NCBI GenBank assembly: GCA_963674745.2
Contig: CAXXDV010000001.1
Coordinates: 2,304,001-2,368,000 of the forward strand
DNA length: 64,000 nt
Origin: Desulfosudaceae bacterium
GTDB lineage: Bacteria > Desulfobacterota > Desulfobacteria > Desulfobacterales > Desulfosudaceae
Direction of reading: 5' to 3'
The translations under genes and the position numbers were made by a program. The notes beneath the pieces were generated by a model. It worked only from the letters and a program-made list of their open reading frames with translations, did not search any database and had not been told where the DNA came from. Below are positions 57,272 to 64,000 of the stretch, in pieces; the stretch's first letter is position 1, and the number at the start of each line of letters is the position of its first letter.

Positions 57272-57691
57272 TTATGTGCGCCATTTGAAGCGGCCGTTTC
57301 CTTCCGGGACAAGCAGACCGGCTTCACGCAATGCTTTGATGGTCAGATGAGGGTGCGGCAATCCGCTTTCCTCGGAAGACCTGTAAAGTTCTGAAAGTTG
57401 GAAAATTTCACCCAGAGACTTGGCGCAATCTTTATAAACGGCGGCAATTTTATTAATACCTTCCTCGGACAGGTCGTCCGGTTTTGATTCAACAACCGGT
57501 TTATGCCCGGGGACTCCCGGTGCTTTTTTGAAGATCGACCCGATTTTCTCCATTATAACCACCAGCATCGGTACTCTGGATATGATAGTCGCAAGCAAAG
57601 CCAGTCCGGTGAGATCGATCGTAATCCCCAGTGCGGCCATTGCCCATCCGTTTTGGGCGGTAATTCGAGAAAAACTAAATAAATCGAACAA
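57272..57691 (-). CDS. OadG-family (gamma/delta) decarboxylase subunit
   Basis: Single N-terminal TM (NGWAMAALGITI), Pro-containing linker, directly upstream of oadB; GGAGGA RBS with TTG start. Confidence 0.72.
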   Translation of the reverse strand: MFDLFSFSRITAQNGWAMAALGITIDLTGLALLATIISRVPMLVVIMEKIGSIFKKAPGVPGHKPVVESKPDDLSEEGINKIAAVYKDCAKSLGEIFQLSELYRSSEESGLPHPHLTIKALREAGLLVPEGNGRFKWRT

Positions 57692-57902
57692 AATATCCTC
57701 CCCGGCGGTTTTGTTATGCCAGCCGTTGTTTTTATTCTGTCTGTTGCTGTATCACTTTTTTCGATGTTCCCCCTGACTAATCATATCTGGGGGTAAAATC
57801 TGTTATGTTAATCCATAATTCTCCTTTGATGTCAATAAAAACTTTGATTACACACAGACCTCCCGTAACGCTTTTGATAAACCACCGGCCGGACCGGAGA
57901 TG

Positions 57903-57931
57903 TTGACATGACTGCCGGCACCGGATAAATT
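57903..57931 (+). promoter_or_regulatory. Sigma-70 promoter of the radical SAM operon
   Basis: TTGACA-N17-TAAATT about 70 bp upstream of ATG 58004. Confidence 0.55.
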
Positions 57932-58003
57932 GAACCCTGAGCGGATTGACGTAAGGCGCGTCAATTTTAGCTGAGCGCTGAATGCGATTATGCGGATGAT
58001 TCC

Positions 58004-59485
58004 ATGAGACTGGCCCTGATTTTTAATCCCTTTAAATATAAAGTTCATGAAGAAAACCTGAGGATCGTGCAAAAATATTTCGGTCTGTTTCCCCCGTTGA
58101 GTATCTGCTGGGTGGCGGCCATTGCCCGGCAGGCGGGTCATGAGGTGACGATTATCGACGCCCGGACATTGAAACTGTCCAAAGAAGACGTGTTTGAGCG
58201 GCTGAAAATGTTCAAACCGGATATCATGGGCTTCATGATGACCACCTACATGTTTCAGGATACCCTGGAATGGATCCGTTATCTCAAAAAACGGCTGGAT
58301 ATCCCTGTATTGATCGGTGGCTATAATTTGAGGGTTTATCCGGAAGCATCACTCAGCCATCCTGAAATCGATTACGGGGTGGTGGAACACGCTTTGGAAA
58401 CCGTACCCAGTCTGTTTGCGGCCCTGGAAGGTACGGGAAACCTTGAGGATGTGCCGGGCCTGGTCTATAAAGAGGATGGTAAGATCATCATAAATCCACC
58501 AAATCCTGTCAGTTTTGAAGGTTTCCCCAATCCGGCCCGGGATCTGTTGCCGAACGACTTGTATGCTGAATTTCCGACGGAGAGAAAGAATTTCACCGTC
58601 ATGGTGACCAGCCTGGGCTGTCCTTACGGTTGCAGTTTTTGCGAGGCCGGCAGAACGGTTTATAATCCCAGAAGCCCTGTAACCGTCGTCAATGAAATGG
58701 AGGAGTGCTATACCCGGTACGGTGTCCGGGAAATCGACATCTTTGACTATTCCTTTACGGCGGATAAACAGCGCACGATTGACATCTGCCGGGAGATGAA
58801 AAATCGCGGCCTTGATATCCTGTGGGCCTGTCGCTCACGGATTGATATCGATCGGGAATTGCTGGAAGAGATGAAAAAAGCCGGCTGCGGCAGAATATAT
58901 TACGGCATTGAATCCGGTTGCCAGGAAATTTTAGACCGGGTCAATAAGGGGATTACGCTTGAACAGATCAAAGAGACCATCGATCATACCCGGAAGCTGG
59001 GCATGAAGGCGCTGGGATTTTTTCTTATCGGCGCGCCCGGTGAAACAAAGCAGACGGTCAGGCAGACCGTGAAGTTCGCCCGAACGCTTGATCTGGAGTA
59101 TGTTCAATTTTCCAAGTGCCTGGCCAAACCGCTGACGCCGCTATGGGAACAGATGAAACAGGAGACGGGCAAAGACTACTGGGAAGACTGGGTGCGCGGG
59201 CTGGAGGTGGATCGCCCCCTGCCGCGGCTATGGACGGATTTGACCGACGCGGAAATCGACCGCCTTGCCAAGTGGGCTTATGTCAAATATCACTCCCGGT
59301 TTTTGTTTCTTCTCCGCGCCACAATTCAGGTCAAGTCATTTTCGGAGTTTAAACGAAAATTTTTCGGGTTTTTGGAAATGGTTTTCAGCCAGGAAGATGT
59401 GTCCACAAGGGACGAGTCTTTTATCGCTTATAATGATAATTCCAGGCGGCTGGACTTTTACAAGAAGATTGCAAAATACAAATAG
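58004..59485 (+). CDS. B12-binding domain radical SAM protein
   Basis: PPL, TSLGCPYGCSFC, YGIESG, NKG and FLIGAPGET motifs. Confidence 0.95.
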   Translation: MRLALIFNPFKYKVHEENLRIVQKYFGLFPPLSICWVAAIARQAGHEVTIIDARTLKLSKEDVFERLKMFKPDIMGFMMTTYMFQDTLEWIRYLKKRLDIPVLIGGYNLRVYPEASLSHPEIDYGVVEHALETVPSLFAALEGTGNLEDVPGLVYKEDGKIIINPPNPVSFEGFPNPARDLLPNDLYAEFPTERKNFTVMVTSLGCPYGCSFCEAGRTVYNPRSPVTVVNEMEECYTRYGVREIDIFDYSFTADKQRTIDICREMKNRGLDILWACRSRIDIDRELLEEMKKAGCGRIYYGIESGCQEILDRVNKGITLEQIKETIDHTRKLGMKALGFFLIGAPGETKQTVRQTVKFARTLDLEYVQFSKCLAKPLTPLWEQMKQETGKDYWEDWVRGLEVDRPLPRLWTDLTDAEIDRLAKWAYVKYHSRFLFLLRATIQVKSFSEFKRKFFGFLEMVFSQEDVSTRDESFIAYNDNSRRLDFYKKIAKYK

Positions 59486-59494
59486 TTGACTTTT

Positions 59495-60994
59495 ATGCGG
59501 ATTACATTTGTACACCTGGGAAGAGAGCATCTGGGGATTGAATATCTTTCCAGTATTCTCAAACAGCAGGGCCATGACGTCGCCCTGGCCTATGACCCGG
59601 GCCTGTTCGGGCCGGAAGACAATGTCTTTTATATCCCGTTTCTGCAGAAACTGTTTGATCAACGGCAGCAGGTGGTCTCGACTGTCAGGTCCTCTGCGCC
59701 GGACGTGGTCGCCTTTACCGTATACACCGGAACCTACCAGTGGGCCTGTGGCATCGCCAGGGAAATCCGCCGACATCTGGATGTGCCGATTGTTTTCGGC
59801 GGCAGCCACGCCACACTTGTTCCAGAGGTGGTCATCAGCAATGATGAGATTGATTTCGTGATCGAGGGTGAGGGGTTTCATGCCTTTCCCCAGCTGATCG
59901 ACGCCCTGGCTTCGGGTGGTGACCGGCTGGATGAGGTGAACAATCTGTGGTTCAAACAAAACGGTTCCGTCAAACGGGGCCGCCTGGCGCCGCCGCTGGC
60001 GGATCTTGACCGGCTGCCCTTTCCCGACAAGACATTATTTGAAAACGATGTCAATTATATTGATGATTACGTGATTATCACCAGCCTGGGATGTGTCTTT
60101 AATTGCAGTTACTGCTGTGAAAGTTACCTCAACCGGCTTTATCAGCATAAATATTTTCGCCGCCGGAGCGTAAAGTCCGTTATTGATGAATTGATTGTCA
60201 TGAAAGCCAGATATCATTTTAAAGAAGTCATGTTTAACGACGCGCTTTTTTTTACAGACAAAGCCTGGCTCCGGGATCTGATAACCGAGTACAGGCGAGT
60301 GATTAATGTGCCCTTCCGGTGTTTCGGTAAGGTTTCTCATCTGGATGACGATATCTGTCGTTTGCTGAAAGCCGGCGGATGTTACTGTATCGAATTCGGT
60401 ATGCAGACCTGGAATGAACATTTGAAAAAAAAGGTGCTGCATCGCAATGAAACCAATGTCCGGGCGCTGGAAGCTTTCAAGCGCTGTGACAGGTTCGGGC
60501 TGCGATATGATATCGACCATATCTTCGGTCTGCCGGGCGAGACAACCCGGGACCATACTGATGGCCTTTATTTTTACAGCCAGCTTAAACTGTTAAATAG
60601 AATCAAATGCCACAATTTAACCTATTTCCCGAAGACGGCCATTACGCAATACGCCCTGGATCACCATTTGTTGGCAGAAGAAGAGATGACCAGGCTTGAA
60701 CAGGGTGACATCTCCGATTTTTTTCACGGTGACGCCATCAGGGACAGCACGCTGAAAACGGCCAAAGACGCCTTTTCAAAATGTTATAAATGGCTGCCGA
60801 TTATTCCAAAATTTATCATTCGGAGACTGATCCGAAGCGAGAATTGGAAGTGGTTTGGCGCCATACCCGGGCCGCTCATTATTCTCGGCCAGCTGCTGGT
60901 GGCCGTCAAAGGACGGGATTATCGTTACCTGATATATTTAAAATATTATCCGCTGAGGATCAGACAGTCGTTAAGGAGAATGCGGACCGGTTAG
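59495..60994 (+). CDS. B12-binding domain radical SAM protein
   Basis: LGIEYLSS, GGSHAT, GEG, SLGCVFNCSYC and FGLPGET motifs. Confidence 0.94.
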   Translation: MRITFVHLGREHLGIEYLSSILKQQGHDVALAYDPGLFGPEDNVFYIPFLQKLFDQRQQVVSTVRSSAPDVVAFTVYTGTYQWACGIAREIRRHLDVPIVFGGSHATLVPEVVISNDEIDFVIEGEGFHAFPQLIDALASGGDRLDEVNNLWFKQNGSVKRGRLAPPLADLDRLPFPDKTLFENDVNYIDDYVIITSLGCVFNCSYCCESYLNRLYQHKYFRRRSVKSVIDELIVMKARYHFKEVMFNDALFFTDKAWLRDLITEYRRVINVPFRCFGKVSHLDDDICRLLKAGGCYCIEFGMQTWNEHLKKKVLHRNETNVRALEAFKRCDRFGLRYDIDHIFGLPGETTRDHTDGLYFYSQLKLLNRIKCHNLTYFPKTAITQYALDHHLLAEEEMTRLEQGDISDFFHGDAIRDSTLKTAKDAFSKCYKWLPIIPKFIIRRLIRSENWKWFGAIPGPLIILGQLLVAVKGRDYRYLIYLKYYPLRIRQSLRRMRTG

Positions 60995-61021
60995 CCGGTC
61001 TTCGTCTCTACTCAAACGTAA

Positions 61022-62008
61022 ATGAAACAAATGAATATGTTCAAACCTGCCATCGGCCTGTTGCAGGCGAAACTGCTCAAGCGCAAGAAACCGCTTGTCG
61101 TCGGTTGGGCCATAACGGATCAATGCAACAGAAAGTGCGCCTATTGCGCCATATGGCGGCGTCCTGAGAGGGACCTGCCTCTGGAGCAGGTTACCGCCAT
61201 TATTGATGACCTGGCCGAAGCAGGTGCCCTGAGGATTTCATTTACCGGCGGAGAGCCGCTGTTAAGACAGGACATGGGGGATATTATCAGCTATGCTCAT
61301 GAAAAGGGCATAGAAACAAAAATGAACTCCAACGGTTCGCTGGTGAAAGAGAAAATAGATGCGTTGCGCCACCTGGACCTGCTGACCTTGAGCCTGGACG
61401 GACCGATGGAAATTCATGACGCTATCCGCGGCCGGGGGGCTTTTGCCGACGTGCAGGCGGCTCTGCGGGCGGCGCGGGAACAGGGGGTTAAAACCAGCCT
61501 GGCCACGGTGTTGACGTCGACCAATCTTGACGCTGTCGACGCCATTCTCGATATTGCCCGTCAGGCGTCGTGCCGGGTCACGTTTCAGCCGGCAACGACA
61601 ATGCGCCTGGGCGGGCAGATTAAAAACGACCTGACACCGCCGGCAGGACCGTATCGGGAAACCCTGAATCATCTGATTATCAGGAAAAAAGCCGGAGATC
61701 AGCATATCGCCAATTCTGTTTCCGGATTAAGCCATCTTCAAAAATGGCCGGAACCAACCAGCATGGCATGTGCCAGCGGCTGGATCAGTTGCCGGATAGA
61801 ACCTGACGGGAGCGTCCTGTATTGCAGTCGGGAATCGTTTCCTTTTCAACCCGGCAATTGCGTTGAGGCGTCGTTTCAGGAAGCGTTTAATAAATTGCGG
61901 CCGGTGGTTTGCAATGATTGCTGGTGCGCCGCAAGGGTGGAGCTTAACCTGGCCTACGCGCTTAACCTGCCGGTGCTTTTAAACCTAGTAAACAACCGGG
62001 TTGACTAA
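61022..62008 (+). CDS. Radical SAM protein with a SPASM/twitch-like C-terminal domain
   Basis: CNRKCAYC, FTGGEPLL, SLDG...HD..RG, C.SG...C.IEPDG.V..C, C..C.C. Confidence 0.92.
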   Translation: MKQMNMFKPAIGLLQAKLLKRKKPLVVGWAITDQCNRKCAYCAIWRRPERDLPLEQVTAIIDDLAEAGALRISFTGGEPLLRQDMGDIISYAHEKGIETKMNSNGSLVKEKIDALRHLDLLTLSLDGPMEIHDAIRGRGAFADVQAALRAAREQGVKTSLATVLTSTNLDAVDAILDIARQASCRVTFQPATTMRLGGQIKNDLTPPAGPYRETLNHLIIRKKAGDQHIANSVSGLSHLQKWPEPTSMACASGWISCRIEPDGSVLYCSRESFPFQPGNCVEASFQEAFNKLRPVVCNDCWCAARVELNLAYALNLPVLLNLVNNRVD

Positions 62009-62989
62009 TTGCCAAGTAACGTTATCAAAAAACTTCGTTTTGTGCTTCCGCTGGCGGTTTCATTTCTGATTCTTTTTCTGTTGTCCCTGAAAATAGATGT
62101 CGCGAAAATCGTAGATTCGCTGCGGGGGTGCGATCTGAGACTGGTTGGCCTGGCCGTGACCGTCTCCCTGTTTGTGAATATACTGGTTGGTGCCGAAAAA
62201 TGGCGTCAGATTCTGGCCGCCCTGGGCTGTTCCCTTTCTTTTCGGGAAACAATTTCCATTCGCACCGCCTGCATCCCGTTTAAAATTCTTTTACCGCTTA
62301 AGTCTTCAGAATTATTAAAAGCCGTGTACCTGGACAGGCGTCGGAGACTATCATTTGCCAGGGCCACCGGATCACTAATAATTGATAAGGCTCTAAATAT
62401 ATTGGTGATAATTCCAATAGCCGCAGTCGGTCTGACCATGGTGGATCTTCCCGTTTCCAGAAGTATGCTGTTTGCTCTGTTGTCCGTTATTCTGGTGTTG
62501 ATTCTGCTGACAGTTTATTCGGTTATGTTCAGGCAGGGGCTGATCAGCCTGGCTTCAAAAATACATTCCCGCCTGAACGGTTTTGCGGTTGACCTGCTAA
62601 GCGGTTTTGCCGAGATCGGACCGGGCCGGAAAACCATTCTGTTGTTTTTTTCTTTTATCTTTCAGTCTTCTGAATTTATAAATACGTTTATCCTTTTAAA
62701 AGCGGTCGGCGTTACGGTTCCGATTTATTATTTGATGGTTATCATTCCAGTGATTATGATTATCAACAACTTGCCGATTACAGCTCTCGGCCTGGGTACC
62801 CGGGAAATTGCCATCGTTTATTTTTTTTCGGCGTTCGGCCCGGCGGCCGCTCTCCTTAGTGCCGGTATTTTGGTCTCTCTGGTTGAATATGTTCTGCCGG
62901 TTTTAACCGGCCTGTTGTTTATGCGTTCTTTTCAAGCCTATTTTACAATTAAAAATGACGCACTTTTTACTGAAACGGCGGCAAAATGA
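62009..62989 (+). CDS. Lysylphosphatidylglycerol synthase TM-domain (UPF0104, flippase-like) protein
   Basis: About eight TM segments; KWR.IL, LP...SE and LPIT..GLGTRE motifs. Confidence 0.85.
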   Translation: MPSNVIKKLRFVLPLAVSFLILFLLSLKIDVAKIVDSLRGCDLRLVGLAVTVSLFVNILVGAEKWRQILAALGCSLSFRETISIRTACIPFKILLPLKSSELLKAVYLDRRRRLSFARATGSLIIDKALNILVIIPIAAVGLTMVDLPVSRSMLFALLSVILVLILLTVYSVMFRQGLISLASKIHSRLNGFAVDLLSGFAEIGPGRKTILLFFSFIFQSSEFINTFILLKAVGVTVPIYYLMVIIPVIMIINNLPITALGLGTREIAIVYFFSAFGPAAALLSAGILVSLVEYVLPVLTGLLFMRSFQAYFTIKNDALFTETAAK

Positions 62990-64000
62990 AAATAGTTCTG
63001 GTTAACCCGCGTTCACGAAATCCCGAGGAGCTTCAGCAGAAATGTTTTGCGCCGGTTAACCTGCTTTACCTGGCCGCTTCGCTGCTGGAGAATAATTTTG
63101 AAGTGGATGTTGTGGACGCCAATGCTTACGGGTTGTCCGATAAGGCTGTGGCAGAACTGGTCGGGGGGAAAAAACCTGATTTGATCGGCGTCTCCTTGCT
63201 GTCTGAAACAATGCCGCGGACTTTTACCTTGAGTGAACGCCTTAAGCAGTCCTGCCCCCGGGCGACACTTCTGCTCGGCGGCCCACACGCCAACGCCATG
63301 CCGGAAGCGGTTTTGGAAGAATTTACCCATGTCGATCTGGTTTTGACAGGCGAATGCGAACAGCGCCTGGTGACACTTTGCCGGACAATTGAGCAAAACG
63401 GCAATCTCGGCCGTGTTCCGGGACTGTTTTACCGCCAGGAGAAAAGAGTCGTCGGCACAGAAGGGGATGATTCAATCAAAGCGCTGGACAGTCTGCCCGC
63501 CCCGGCGCGTCATCTCCTGTCGGACGCTTATCAATCCGACCGTTATTACATGATTCTTGAAAAAGAGCGGCCGGTGGAAACCCTGCTGACCAGCAGGGGC
63601 TGTCCCTTTCAATGCGCGTTCTGCAGTAACATTCCGGGGGCTTTCAGGGCCAGGTCACCGGAAAATGTGGTGGCGGAAATCGTCGAGCGGTATACGGCCG
63701 GGATAACCAATTTTGATATTGCTGACGCCAATTTTACACACGACCCCGATCGGGCGATGCGGATTTTTGATTTGATCATACGGGAGAAGCTCGATATTTC
63801 TTTCCGGTTTAAGAGCCGGACAACGGTAATCCGTGAAGAACTGATGGATAAAGCCCGGCGGGCAGGTGCTTATCTGGTCTCCATGGGCATGGAATCCGGA
63901 TCGCAGGAGATCCTGCGGCGTATGAACAAAAAAACACGGCTCCAAGCGAATGTGAAGGCTTGTGAAACCGTGTTAAAGGCAGGCCTGAAGTTGAACACCG
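62986..64000 (+). CDS. B12-binding domain radical SAM protein (runs off the window; absent from the ORF track)
   Basis: Manual translation from ATG 62986 (ATGA overlap): MKIVLVNP...LLYLAA...GGPHAN...GECE...TSRGCPFQCAFC...GMESGSQ. Confidence 0.93.
   Translation, partial: MKIVLVNPRSRNPEELQQKCFAPVNLLYLAASLLENNFEVDVVDANAYGLSDKAVAELVGGKKPDLIGVSLLSETMPRTFTLSERLKQSCPRATLLLGGPHANAMPEAVLEEFTHVDLVLTGECEQRLVTLCRTIEQNGNLGRVPGLFYRQEKRVVGTEGDDSIKALDSLPAPARHLLSDAYQSDRYYMILEKERPVETLLTSRGCPFQCAFCSNIPGAFRARSPENVVAEIVERYTAGITNFDIADANFTHDPDRAMRIFDLIIREKLDISFRFKSRTTVIREELMDKARRAGAYLVSMGMESGSQEILRRMNKKTRLQANVKACETVLKAGLKLNT

Overview
A 64 kb stretch of chromosome, probably from a sulfate-reducing deltaproteobacterium (Desulfobacterales-like, inferred from gene content and repeat types), dominated by cell-envelope genes. 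In order: a bamA-skp-lpxD-fabZ-lpxA-lpxI-(gnnA-like)-lpxB-msbA lipid A operon; a CHASE2 Ser/Thr kinase / PP2C / LOG operon; an accessory glycosylation cassette; housekeeping genes (purH N-domain, rsmA, acyl-CoA dehydrogenase, RlmD/TrmA-like methyltransferase, yjbQ, yhaO/yhaN-like, arfB); a large LPS core cluster (three Kdo/WaaP-type kinases, waaL, waaF, sulfotransferase); and a cluster of four B12-binding radical SAM genes interrupted by orphan oadGB. Items the ORF track does not show: (1) a 78-aa glutaredoxin-like ORF with two in-frame UGA codons (10366-10130, minus), translationally coupled to the PP2C gene and most likely a double selenoprotein; (2) two intergenic loci (about 21.3-21.75 kb and 51.0-51.34 kb), each with a sigma-54-type promoter, a shared upstream activator motif and a strongly structured RNA exposing C-rich loops, a candidate sigma-54 sRNA regulon; (3) a probable 6S-like RNA at about 51406-51571; (4) several MITE-like and octamer-repeat elements; (5) a G10 tract that may phase-vary a membrane protein. 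No rRNA, tRNA, CRISPR array or intact transposase was seen. All calls come from reading the sequence by eye, with no database searches.
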